Part shown: positions 36,271 to 49,690 of the stretch, in pieces
How positions within the stretch are numbered: the first letter of the stretch is position 1
Layout: the number at the start of each line of letters is the position of its first letter
Assembly: GCA_016748015.1 (NCBI GenBank)
Contig: JAAOMT010000299.1
Coordinates: 657,090 to 721,089, forward strand
Reading direction: 5' to 3'
Length of the DNA: 64,000 bases
From: Geosiphon pyriformis uo1
Lineage: Eukaryota > Fungi > Glomeromycota
Program-made: the position numbers and the translations under genes
Notes under the pieces: generated by a model
The model's database searches: none
Told to the model about the DNA's origin: nothing
The model's input: the letters and a program-made list of their open reading frames with translations, nothing else

Positions 36271-39200
36271 TAATAGTAAAATAAAGATTTCGCAAATTTT
36301 AAGTAATTTTCTCTTGTTTTCTCTTGGTCTGCCACTTTTTCTGTATGGTTGTTGCTGGTGCTGGTTCTTTGTTAGATTATATCTCACAAAGAGCACCAAA
36401 TGTTACAGGTGATTTTTTTGGAGTTTCAAAGCAAATAACAAACTTGTAACTTAGTGCTTAATTGATGTAATAATGTTGGTTTCTAAAGGTTTTTGTGATC
36501 TGAAGGTTTTGGTGAAGTTTTTTGTATAATGAACAGAGATTCAATAGTGTTTTAGTAGTATTCTGGAATTGCAATTCCATCGAATTTTTTTTAACATGGT
36601 GGCCAGTAATCTGGCAGAGATGCTCTTCTGGTAAGCTATCCTTAATTTATCAAACTTTATACCCTTCTTTTGAGGTTTTTTACCAGGCTATTCTTGATGT
36701 CAATTACTCAGTGCTTAATTTTTTTAATCAATAGTAAATTAACAAACAAAATAAAATAAAATAAAATAAAATAAAATAAAAAAAAATAAAAATAAAATAA
36801 GAAATTAATATTCTGTTAATAGCCATAATTAAGAGCTATTGTTCCAGTGTGATTAAGTATTAGATTTTATCAACATAAAATGTTGATAAATAGAAGAGTA
36901 ATTAGATTCTAAACAAATGACAATAACATGAATTTGAAGAATTGAAGAGATATTTTATTTATATAATTTTATTTTGGTTGATAGCAACTATTCTTGAAAT
37001 GAGAGTTAATAAATAGAAAAGAAAAGAGATTATTCTAAATTAATAAAACTTTATTAAATTTTCCAAGAATTGCTTTTTCTCTTTTTAATATTCTTACTAT
37101 ATATATATAATTTATATTATATAAGATTCTTTAAATTTCTCAATTTTCTAACCAGGAATTCTGGAATTCCTGGAATCCTGCAATTCCTCATACAGAAATC
37201 CTGTAATTCTGGAATTTTACTTTTACTACATCTATTCTGATTGGCTAATTTATGTACTAATATTTAATTCCTATATTTTATGAGTAATAATGGCTCATGC
37301 TTGTGTAGTTAGATTGTTTTTTCTCATAAATTGTTCAAGTTGTTGTAATATCCTTGGATTAAATAATCATTTTGTCTTATCCATATATAAGTTCTGAATA
37401 TTCAGGTGTTGTCCCAAGTGAAAATAACAAAAGTTTCTTGGAAATTGTTGTATTCATTAATTCCATGTTTCTATTGTTAACTCTTGATATGGTACATCTT
37501 TTGTTTGTATTTCTATTGCCATTTTGATTTTTGTTATTATTTTGTCAATAGTATTTTCTGGTTTTCTCTGTTTTTTGTGTTGAGGTCTCTTTTTTGTATT
37601 TTTATATCAAATAATTTGTTGGTTAATGGTAATTTTCATGTTCTGTTGTTGAATCAGTTAAAAAAATTGTTGTGCTAGTGTGTGTATATTGTTGGTAATT
37701 TCCATTTTTTTTTGTTGCTTTTGTCACATATGCTGTGTCTTAGTTCAATGATTATAATTGATTCCAGATCTTGTGAAATCTTATCTGGTTAGACTAGTAT
37801 TTGTTGTACTTTCAGTTGTGGCATATTATTGGTAGATGATGATACTATATAGTGATATAGTTTTAGTTAATTACTATGTGCTGCTTTGACTAAGATTTTG
37901 TTGTCTTATTATAATTTATAAGCTTTATTTCCTAGAATTTCTTCTATGTAAAATGGTCTGTCCTATTTGAGATCAAATTTTCCATTCCATTGTTTTTCCA
38001 CTTTGGTATAATGTAAAAATACTTTGTCTCCAATCTTAAATTCAATTAGTTTATCTGATAGTTGGTTATCATGTCTTTTTTTTTGTTTTTTTTGTGACTT
38101 TTAGATGTTATCAGCTGTTTTTTGTTGTTTGTTTTTTAAAGTTTCTATTAAGTTATATGTTTTTCTTAACAACGTTTCTTAAAAATTGTCTTTGGTTATT
38201 GGTTCTGTTGGATATGTGTTGACTTTTATTTCAACTGGTAATTTTGCTGTTCTACTATATACTAATTCAAATGAGGTTGCTTGTATAGTGTCTTGCTTTA
38301 TTGTTTGATAAGCAAATAATACTAATGGTATAAACAAATCCCATTCATTCTGGTTTTTTGGCTGATTTTGGCAATTGTATCATACAATGTTCTGTTAAAT
38401 CTTTCAACTAACTCATTTGTTTGTAAATGATAAAGTGATAATAATAGTCTTTTGATTTCAAATTTTTGACTTAATTCTGCTAATGTTCTGTTTATAAAGT
38501 AATTTTTTTGATCTAATAGTAGTTCTTTTAGACATCCATGTCAGCAAATTAGATCTTGATGAACAAATTTGTTAACAGATTTTGCATCTGCTTTTTGAAT
38601 GGCTTTTGTTTCTGGCCATTTAGTAAGATAATCTATGGTTACTACAATATATCTGTTGTCTCTGCTGGTAATTGTTAATGGTCTAACTAAGTCAATTCCA
38701 ATGCAATCAAATAGTTGTCTCACTTTGATTGGTCTCAATAGTTCACTGGATCTTGTTTCTTCTTTTCTCTGACAAGCATCACAATTTTGAATGTATTAAA
38801 TAATATTTAGATACATAAATAGCCAATAGTATTTTTTTCTGATTTTTTCCATAATTGCTTCTTTATAAAAATGTCCTGCTGTTGAATTCAAGTACATGTT
38901 GAACAATATTGTTTCTTTCTTTGGTTGGTTAATCTGGATTTCTTTTGTTCTTTTGGTAAAGTATATTTTGATGATTAATAAAATATTTTGATTGTTGTTT
39001 TATGTTGTTTTGTTTTTTTTGAAATAATTTTTTCTTAAACTGTTGAGTATTTATATAATACAGAAGTTGTTGATATTTTTGTGTGTTCATCTTTTGTCAT
39101 ATTTTTGGGATGAAATGTTTAGATTTGTTTTATTCATGACAAACTGTCAGCATTTCTATTTTTTTTTTCTTTTTTATAGTGTACCATAAAAGTATATAGT

Positions 39201-39534
39201 GAAAGTACTATTTTCTATTTCGCATGTTAATTATTTCCAAATTTTTGCTTCTGGATTGAAGTCAATTCTTTGTGATCAGTGTGTACTTTAAACTTCTGGC
39301 TTAAGTATTTTTTCTATTTCATGACAGCCCAATAAATTGTTAAGTATTCTAATGCTGGTGTTTTATAGTTCTTTTCAGCTGGTCTTAAGCTTTGGCGGGT
39401 ATATGCTACTGAATGTTTTCTTCTATCTGATCTTTTTTGTGATAGTACTGCTCTTAATGTTTGACTTAATACATTGGTAGTAATGATGAATGATTTGCTA
39501 TGATCTGAATAGATTAGTACTAGAACTTCAATGA

Positions 39535-40491
39535 TGTTACTAGTAAAATTTTAGCTATTAATTAGCATGAAATTACTCTCATAATTTTTATTATTAATTA
39601 ACATATATTATTATTTTTTCGAATATTACTTATTATTTAATCAAATTATCAAATATCATTACTCAATCAATAATCTGATTTGTACCATAGAAATTAAGAT
39701 GATCAAATTACACAATACTCTGAACTATTTAACATAGTCAAAATTCGCCGAAATTAATAAAAATTGGCTAAAATAATCAATAGTTCAGTGAAATAACTTG
39801 TAGTTTGCCAAAATGTATCTTTAGTTTACCCAAATTATAGCAAAAAGAAAAGTGCAAGTTCAAAGACTAGTACTACAACAAGTTATATAAAAAAAGAGCT
39901 TTTCTCTTCAAGAAAATGTATCTTTTCATAGTATCTTATTATAGTATCTTACTTTAAATACTTAATTAGAACAAATTATCTTTTACATATCTTAAATAAA
40001 ATTAAATATTTGAAAACCAAATCTTTTAAATTATTATACTTGAAATTCCCTCAACACAACTAACATTTTGAAATTGATTAGTTACCAATTTCAGTAATCT
40101 GTTAGTAACTCTAGGCCTGAATAGAAAACGTTTCTCTTGATAAATTCTATTTCTTTTATATTTCTTTTTTTTCTTATTATAATTATTAAGGTAGCCTACA
40201 GACAAGATTCCTGTAGAAAAGTTGACTTTTACAGCAAAGTAATACACATTTTAATGAGCTTTCAGACAAGCAATTCTTGGGAAAGAGTTGATGTTTACTA
40301 CAACATAACTACATAAAAATAACTGGTAAGGAATTGGCCATTTTACTTATAAGTTCAGTGGTTCAAATTATAGGAAATAATTTAAAGATAAATTTAGTTA
40401 CTGGAGGTTCAACTACTTCCTAAAAACATGAATTCACAGCAAATTAACATTAACAACATTCAAAAAAAGAGACCAAAAACCTCCAGTAACA
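39535..40491. repeat. Solo LTR, family S1 copy 2
   Basis: TGTTACTAG...CCAGTAACA, TSD ATGA/ATGA, interrupts G2b at the RT/RH junction. Confidence 0.92.
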
Positions 40492-41879
40492 ATGAGTTTT
40501 CTTCTTAGTGTGTTAAAAGCTTTTTGTTATGTTTCAATCTATTTATATTTAACATTCTTGGTTTGTAGATGATGTAGTGGTTGAGCTAGTTTGGAAAAGT
40601 TTTTGATGAAGTAATAATAGTACTCTGCAAATTTCAAGAATGCTCATAGTTCGATCAGATTGGTAGATACTGGAAAGAACTTTACTACTTCAATTTTATC
40701 TGGATTTGTTTTAATGCTCTCTTTGCTTATAACATGTCCCAAAAACTTGAGTTTTCTCTTGTCAAAGAAACACTTGGTTGTATTTAGTTTTAATCTTGCT
40801 CTTTTTAATTTTTTAAACACTTGTTGGAGATGATAGAAATAATCATTAAATATTTTTGAGAACATATTGGTGTCATCTAAATACACAACTACTGATTTCC
40901 ATTAGTTATTGAAATGTGACTGGTGTATTAGTTAAGCCAAATAGCATCACTTCAAATTCAAAATTCCCTTCTCTTATGATGAATGCCATTTTTTCTTTAT
41001 CTTCTGGATTTATGGCTATTTGTTAGTAATTATTATTTAGATCTAATATTGAGAACCATTTTTTTCTTCCAAAAGCATCAAATAATTTTTGAATCCATGA
41101 AGTTAGATAATTGTTTCTACAAATTACATTATTGAGTTTTCTGTAATTTACACAAAAGCGGATTTTTCCATTTTTTTTATGCACTAGTACTACTGGTGAT
41201 GACTATAGACTTATTGATGGCTGAATTAGCTTATTGTTTAGTATCCGATTGATTTCTTGATGAATGATTTTATAACTGGCTGGTGGTACCTGATATGCTT
41301 TCTGTTTGATTGGCATTGCATCTCCAGTCTTAATCTGGTGCTGGATTATATCAGCTCTGCCAAATTCATTTTTATTTGCAAAGATATTAGTGAAGTTGTT
41401 AAGTAATATTTTGAGTTGCATATATTGAAGTAGGTCTAAGTTTCAATTGTTTATTTGTTCCAATTGTTCAGATTGGAGCAAATAACATTCATTCCATCCA
41501 TAGATGATTCGTAATGTTATGTCAACATATCTACACAGTTGTAGAAAGTCTGAAATGGAGTTTGGTGATTGGTTTTTAATTTTGATAATTAAATATTCAA
41601 TGTTGGTTTCTTCTGGTATCTTGATAATATCTCCCATGTTATTATAAATGGAAATTTTAATGTGACTGTGATTTTTGGCTGGTATGTGTAGATTAACTAA
41701 TTCAATCTTTTTTGATTTACAAAGTGTTGCTTCTGCTTCAAAAATCTGAACCTGATTTTTTACTTTTTTCTTTATGACTAATATGTACTGGTTATATAGT
41801 AGAATAGAAATTAATTGATGGATGGAGATAATTTTTCTCTTGTCAACAACTTTTTTCTCTGCCATGTTAACAGATATGT

Positions 41880-42280
41880 CTATTTTTCTTGTTGATCCAA
41901 ATCTATTAATCTTTTTAGCTGTAATCCCTAATTCTTTTTGGTTTTCTATTGATACTAATTAAGTTATTTAACCAAAGGCAAAAATATTGTCTGTGCTATC
42001 TTTTTATTTGGCTTTATAATATAAGTCTTTTCTAAATTATTTTGTAGCATTGCAATGATATTTCTCACATATCCTGCATCAATTATTTCTTCTCTTATAT
42101 TAATTCTTTTTTTTGTTAGACTACTTCTTAATGCTAGTTGAATTATTGTTGTTGCTGAAATTTCCAGTGCTATTCTGAGATCAATGCATATGCACAAATG
42201 TGGTTCTAATTTGATGACATTCTTCTTTGGATATTTTAGATCAAACCCAACATCAGTTTATGCACATGTTCTGGCATAAT
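41880..42280 (-). pseudogene. dUTPase domain within G2b pol
   Basis: GFDL, LALRSSL, IIDAGYVRNI, KIAQTIFLP. Confidence 0.87.
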
Positions 42281-42879
42281 ACTTTCATTATTATTACTGA
42301 ACCATTTTAGTTTCTGCTCTTTGGTAAAATTAGGGAGCATAATATATTGTTTAGGATTTGAATTTGAGTTTGAATTGTTGTTATTTTGGTTGCTATTTTG
42401 AATGAAGCTGAAACCATTATTATTATTATTGTCATTGTCAGAGTTTGAATCAAAATTAAATATTGATTCTAATTCCAATGCACAGCTGCTGATTGGTTTT
42501 TTTTTTTTTAGGATCATGTAGATTATGTATGGTGGTGAATTGTAAATGAGGTTACACTCATTACAATATTAAAAGTCACAGAAAATTAAGCAGTATTGAC
42601 AAAATTGAGTGTTCAGCTGTTCTAAACACTGTTCCTGTTCTTCTTGGGTAAGTGTTAGGTTCTGATAATGTTTATGGAAATACTTTTGATCATTTTTGAT
42701 GTCGTTGAAAATATCAAAAGTAAGAATATATTTGGGTTTTGGAAAAAAAAGTGGATTGTTTTTAATTTCTAGCAGTTTGCTGAGGGTAGCATCTTTAACT
42801 TTGATACTTACTATTCTCCAGATCTTATGCTTGTTGTGTAGATAACCTTTTAGATATTTAAGTGCTTGTTTCCAAACAT

Positions 42880-43652
42880 TGTTTCAGTTCAAAAATTTAA
42901 TAAGAATTATAAATAATATAAATTAGCCAATTATAAAATAATACAGCAACAATTTATAAAAAGAAAAAGAAATAATTTACAAATAACAGCAAGCACTATT
43001 GTGCAAAAGCAGCAAGCACTATTTAAAAATAATGAAAATAGAGTATTACAAAACATTATTTTGTAAAACAATAATTATATATATATACAATAGTTTTTAA
43101 TAATAAAAAAAACAGCTTAAACTCAAAGCAACAAATATCTAAATAAAATCTTATTCAAAAAGAATTAATAAAAATAATAAATTGAATTAACATCACAATT
43201 ATGAGATTAACAATAAAATTTACATACCCTCTTTAGTGAATGAAACTATTATTTCATCTCTAAACTCTTTGGAAGAATAATCTCTGATCAAGATTATTTA
43301 TGTGGTTACTAATTAAATTGAAAAAGCTTTATTATATACTTAGAAAAATCACAAAAAGTCCATTAACATTCCATGTTTCTAGATTAGAGAAACACATTAA
43401 GCAATTGCAAGAATAGCCTCAGAGAAGACCCCAAACAGCAGGTAGATTTCAGATTAGCCTCTGAAAAGAAGTACACAACATACAAAGACAATTAGAATTA
43501 AAGAGAAGACTTATATTACAACATTAAGAGAAAATTTTCAGTACATTATCATTAATATCCAACACATAAAATTGAGAAACTTACAAGAGACTGATTGCAA
43601 TTAAAATGGGATATCAACAATTAAAATATACTAAGAAAACTCTTCCATAACA
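42880..43652. repeat. Solo LTR, family S2
   Basis: TGTTTCAG...CCATAACA, TSD ACAT/GCAT; removal restores the host frame PIDDAWKQAL; internal TATATA run and duplicated AGCAAGCACTATT. Confidence 0.82.
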
Positions 43653-46600
43653 GCATCATCAATTGGAGTCCTTTTTCTCACTCAGTTATTTATGAGAATC
43701 ATATATTGGCACATTTCATTGTATGTTTCTTCTCACTTAAAAATGTTATTTCACATTTTTTCATCCAGTAGAGTAGTTTCATATGCAAAACAGGGTTTGT
43801 TGTTCCATTTTTCTTGTCTCTTTGGTCATTTAAAGCATTTAAGGATACATAGGCAGCAATAAAACTTTGTTGTGGTTTGCTATTCCTTATTATTACCACA
43901 GCATGCATCTATTGTGGACAATTTTTTGCCACAATTGACACATATAAGCTTGGGTTGACGATAATTGGTTTGATAAGTAATAGTGTACAGTGTATAAGTG
44001 AATGTTGTGGCTGTTGTTAACTCTTCCTTTTTTTTCTTCCTTTTTCCTTTTTCTTTCCAAGTTAGAATTAGTGGTAGCTCATTGTGATTGTGGTCAGTTC
44101 ATAAAACTTGGTAGGCTTCCCAAGTGGGTTTTTTCTCTTCTTTTTCTAACTTGATTAGTGGTTTTTTATTGGTGGTAGTCTTGAAATATCCACAGGTTGC
44201 TGGTACTTGAGTGTGTTGGTCATGTTAGCTGAATTGTAGTTCCTAGGTGTTTCAGTCAAATACAGTGTTGGTCTTGAACAGCCAGTTATTACTAATTAGT
44301 GCTTGATACTAGGTGGCTTCTATAACAAGGACTTTGATTAGTGCAATAATGCCACTAACTTCAAAGGAAAAGTTGTCAATTTTGCCTATTGGAGTCTTTG
44401 TTGTTCTATCAGCTGTAATTATTTGTGTACTGATAGTGAGATCAACTTGACAACCTAATTGATCCATGAGTTGTTGGGTGATAATACTGCCAGCTAATTT
44501 ATTGTCTAGGATTAGTTTAATAAACTGATTATTAACTTTAATATTTGTATACATTGCAATGATGAGTTTTGATTTTAAAGTGGCTCTACTGAATAACAGT
44601 ATTTTAATTGGTTTCTTGAGTTCAAAAAAAAAATAGTGATAAGTAATTTGTCTTTAGTAATGGTTGTTAGCAGTATGTTGTTGATAAGTAGCTGCTTTTG
44701 GTTGACTTCCAAGCTATTGGATGTGGCATCTTCTGGGGTAACCAGGAGACTTAAATAGTTCTGAGAATTTGAATTTTGAATATATCCTGTTTCCAAACTT
44801 TGCTGTCATGATTCTGAGGATTGGGTTGAGGAACTGGGAATCAGTTGATATATGACCATTACCAATCTCCAGTTTTGTTGAATATGAGTGACTCTCAGCC
44901 TTTGGGTTCCAGTAATTAATTGAGCTGAGTTGGATAGTGGTGTTTGAATTTGGTAGGGCTAATAAATTACTTGGGGTTGTGGTTGATAAATAGGTTGTGG
45001 CTGCAGTTGATAAACTACAGATGTTGAAGGCTAATAAATTGGTGGTTGATAAATTGGCTATTGCATCATGGGTAAGTAATTTGGTTGATATGGTTTTGGA
45101 TTTGATTGATAATTCGGAATTTGAAACTGGTGATCAGGGTTTTAATATTGATTTTTTGATTATTGGTTATCTATTCTTAACCTGCAATCAATTTTCAAAT
45201 GTCTTTGTTTACCACAATAGTGGCAAACACACATTTTTTGCTGCCACTGCTGATTGGTCAATGATGATGAATATAACTGATTTTGGAAACAATTCATGTT
45301 TTCTTAATTATTGTATCGTTGTGGAGATTAATAAATTGTCTGATTGTTAGCTAAGTATTTCTCTAATTTTTGATTAATAAAATTACTGAATTGTTTCAAC
45401 TTAGAATCTAATTCAGATAATCTGTTTATTACTAGATTGATGGCTTGGACATGATTGGCTTTAAGTTTGGCTAATTCAAAGTCTCTGACATGAGTAATAG
45501 CGACTTAAAAATCAGCTAAATGTAATAGACGTATGCATTAAAGAATACTACTGCATAGTCCACAGATAAACTAATTTAGAATCTGGGCCACTGTGAAATA
45601 GTTTGTGTTAATGGCTTGAATTTGGCACAGATTCCTGTAGAAGTGTTCTAGATATGTAGTAATTGCTTCACTTTCTCCTTGCTTAATAGTGGTAAAGGTA
45701 TTTGCCAAGTGGTTAATGCTATTATTGTTACTGAAATATTTCACAAATTCCAGTTTGAATTCTTGGAAAGTTTGTAGTTTGGCAGTTAAACTCTGGTATT
45801 ATAAATTGGCAGTATCTTGGAGAAAATAGGGGATTGCTTAAAGGGCTCTGTCATCATTTTATCTATTGGCTGTAATAGCTTTTTCCATATTATTAAGCCA
45901 TACTTAGGTGTTATTCTCCTTGCCAGTAAATTTCTCAATTTTGGTAATGGGTACATATGCTATTGGTGCTAATGGTAGTTGTTGTTGTAGTTGAGGTTAA
46001 GATTGCTGTTGTAGTTGCTGCTAAGATGGTGGTTATGGCTGTTGCTGTTGCTGTTTGGTAATTGATAGAACTGGTGGTGAATTAATTATGATTACTGGAA
46101 GTAAGTTTTGAGCAACAATAGGAGTGATATATGAATTGTTCTAATTTTTCTAAGTTGAAATGATTGGGGTTTCAATTTCTGAATTTTCTAAAATTGGGTT
46201 TTGCTAAGTTTGAATGTTCAGAGTTTCAACTTCTGAGTTTTCTAAAATCAGATTTTTTTTATTATTTTCTTGATTACTATCTTTTTCTTTTTTGGAATCA
46301 GTGATTTTCCAAGAACTAATGGTTCCGAAATCTGGTTGTGGTGGTGGTAATTGAGTTCCTGATAGCATTGGGAATTGTGACTTAAATTTTTCAAAATAAT
46401 TGCCATATGTTTCCAATAACTCTGCTTTCTTCTGTTTATTTTGGAACAGGATTCTGTTTAGTAGTGTTGTTGTGTTTATGGTAGATGCACCTGTTGATTT
46501 TATATTGATGGTGCTTCTGGGCATGTGATGATATCACAGATTAGCAAGTGAATTAACTTTCTGTTTCTTCCAAGTGGGTAATTGTATTTGCTTTGGGATT

Positions 46601-47011
46601 CTTGCTAGTGTTTGCAATCTTCCTTTTTCTTTGTTGACAAAAATAATAGGGAATCTTTGTTTGGTGTATTTTTCTATTTTTCTATTTATTTCTGTGATTA
46701 GTGGTGTAAATAAATAATTCTGTGGCAGTGTAATGCTTTGGAGTAGTTTATTAAAAAAATTGTTGAAGGCGGATTCTGGATTTCCTTGGCCTCCCAAATA
46801 ATATACTATTCTTTCATTGACATAGCAATTGAAAGCTGATTCTGTTGGCCAACTATTGTTTGTTAATCCGAGATGAGTGTGATAATATTAAAATAAGGAT
46901 TTTGCAAATTCCAAATGGTTTGTTCCTGTTTTTTCGAATTCTGCCACTGTTTTAGATGAGTGCTGTTGGTGCTGATTCTCTGTTGGATTATACCTTACAG
47001 AGAGCACTAAA

Positions 47012-47829
47012 TGTTACAGGTAATTATTTGGGGTCTCAAATCAAATAACAGACTTGTAACTTGGTGCTAATTTATTTAATGACATTGATAATATCTGTAG
47101 GTTGTTTGTATCTGAAGGTTTTGGTTGAATTTTTTGTATAATGAACAGAGATTTAATAGTTGTTTTCAGTAGCCTCCCAAAATCACAATTTTATCAAATT
47201 TTTTTCTTAGCATGATGGCTGGTAATTTTTCTGGTAAGCTATTTTCAAATCTATAAGTTTTCTACCCTTGTTTCATAAGTCTTTTACCAGTTCTTATGAT
47301 GTCTGTAACTCAGTGTTTTTAATTTTTAATCAATTAATAAAATAATGATAAAAGAGAAAAATAAAAGAAAATAAAAGAAATAAAAACAATAAAGCAAAAT
47401 AAGCCAAGGCAATTAAAGTTAGTATTCTGTTAATAGCTGTGATCAAGAGCTATTGTTTTAGTATAGTTAAGTATTCAATACTATCAACATAAAGTGTTGA
47501 TAGTAGAAAGTAGATTAAAATAGCAAATAATTATTTATTACTATTTGTGAATTGCAAGATTGCTTAGATTAAATCTAAACTCAAAGGTCTGTTTTTTCTA
47601 CTTCTAATGCTACCACTATATATACATAATTGAGATTTCTCAATTTTTCAATTTTTCACACCAGGAATCCTGGAATTTCTGAAATCCTGCAATTTTTTGT
47701 ATAAGAATCCTGAAATTCTTGGAATTTTGTAATTCCTCTGAGAAGAATTCTGGAATTTTACATTTATTACATTTTCCTTTGATTGGTTAATTTATATACT
47801 AATATACTTCTTATATTCTATGAGTAACA
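47012..47829 (-). repeat. 5' LTR of G2b
   Basis: TGTTACAG...GAGTAACA with adjacent PBS. Confidence 0.92.
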
Positions 47830-48978
47830 ACGTACAAATTAATGAAAACATTGGAAAACAAAAGACAAAAAGCAGTTAATAATATTCAAAAGTCACAAGA
47901 AAAACAAAAAAAAACAATATAATAACCAGTTACCAGCTAAACCAATAGAATTCAAGATTGAAAACAAAGTACTTTTACATTGTACTAAAGTGAAAAAAAA
48001 ATAAAGTAAAAAATTTGACTCTAAATAGAATAAACCATTTTACATTGAAGAAATTCTAAGAAATAGAGCTTACAAACTAAGATGAAACAACAAAATCTTA
48101 GCTAAAGCAGCATATAAAAATTAACTGAAACCATATTACAATACAGTATCATCATCAACCAATAATATTCCACAACTAAGAGTATAATAAATACTAATTC
48201 AACCAGATGAAATTTTACAAGATCTAAAACCAATCATTATTATTGATACAAACATGTCAAGTTGATCAACCAAAAGAGTATATAAAGACACAGTATACAT
48301 AACCAAAAGCAACAAAAAAAAAAAAAAATACTGGATCATATTTACACCTTAGCTCAACAATTATTTCAGGTCTTAAATCTACAACAAGTAAACATGAAAA
48401 TTATTATCAACCACCAAACAATCTGTTATCAGAACACCAAATAAGAAAGAAAAGCAAAGAATACACTATATTAGCAACTCCAAAATCAAACAAAAAACTG
48501 GCCAGATAAGATAGTAGAAAAAATGAAGAACACTTTTGAGAAAATACCCATTATAGTTCCAACAGAAGAACTTTTAAAAGAAAATTGGAAACAGTAGATA
48601 AAACAATTTCTAATACTATACTGCTACTATCAATTGGGACAAAAATTGAATATTCAGAAGTTATATCTTGATAAATCTAAAAGAATATTTAATCAAAAGA
48701 TAATATAAAACATCGAAGACATTATTGGAAAAAAAAAACAAATCTAACACTACACATTAGAACAATATATTAATTACATACAATCTTTCAAAACTACCCA
48801 GAAATATTGCTATATCCAGATATAGAGACAATAACCATTAACCAATGAGGAAGAATAAACAACTTATAAATCAAAGATATAAGAAACAAAGTTGAACAAA
48901 TGGTACTAGAAAAAAAAATTATAGAACTAATTCAAAATAAAAATTTTAATAGAGCTTAATATTAAAAGAAGAAAATAA

Positions 48979-49690
48979 TATTACTTATAGAAAAGCATAC
49001 AAAAAAATAGTAGAAAAAACAAATAGACTAATAAGAGAATAGTAGCTAACATGTGAACACATTGCTTAAGAATGTGAGTGATTTCATAGAACTTAAATTA
49101 TGTATATATAGCAAAAATGTTAGAAGCAAAAAAGACAGAATCAATACCAAGACCTTCTCATTAAAACATCATAGTTAGAATTATCAATATTAATAAATAA
49201 TTATTTACCATCTCAAATTACTCTCTACTATTAACATTTTATGTTGATAGTATTTAATACTTAATCATACTAGAACAATAGTTTTTGATCACAGCTATTA
49301 ACAGAATACTAACTCTTTCTTGTCTTGGCTTATTTCTTTATTTCTTTTTATTTATTTATTTTTATTTTTTTGTTATTATTTATTAATTAATTAAAGATTA
49401 AATACATGGAGTTATTAATGTCAAAATGACTGGTAAAAAACCCAAAAATAAGGGTAGAACACTCAAGAATTGAGAATAGCTTACCAAAAGGATTATTAGT
49501 CATTATACTGAGAAAAAAATTTGATAGAATTACAATTCTGAAAAGCAACAAATAAAACAACCTTTGAATTTTTGTCCATTATACAAAAAACTTAACCAAA
49601 ATCTTCAGATAATACCAATTGTACCAGCTATTAAGCACCAAGTTATGGATTTGTTATTTGATTCAAAATCCCAAATAATTATCTGTAATA
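48979..49690 (+). repeat. 3' LTR of G2a
   Basis: Follows GAGCTTAAT and a purine tract; TATTAC...CTGTAATA (decayed TGT..ACA); 3' half is the reverse-complement homolog of the G2b LTR. Confidence 0.85.

Larger units (their letters stand above)
33573..37289 (-). mobile_element. Non-autonomous LTR element related to G2 (3.7 kb), inserted in G2b ORF3
   Basis: LTRs 33573-34422 and 36401-37289, TSD ATGG/ATGG, PBS 36383-36398, PPT 34423-34436; no RT or IN; interior is tandem repeats plus a dUTPase N-terminal remnant. Confidence 0.9.
32502..47829 (-). mobile_element. Full-length Ty3/Gypsy family G2 copy b inserted into G2a integrase
   Basis: LTRs 32502-33341 and 47012-47829; PBS 46993-47009; PPT remnant 33342-33356; TSD ATAT (32498-32501) / ACGT (47830-47833); host frame LRRTYKLM is restored on removal. 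Confidence 0.9.
24981..49690 (+). mobile_element. Ty3/Gypsy family G2 copy a (dUTPase-bearing; 5' LTR outside window), host of G1b, a solo LTR and G2b
   Basis: gag (25500-27250, CHNCGKQNHIRIDC), PR (LILDSGSA ~27875), dUTPase, RT (VYLDN ~30715), RH, IN (31550-32501, continuing at 47830), ORF3, 3' LTR 48979-49690. Confidence 0.9.
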
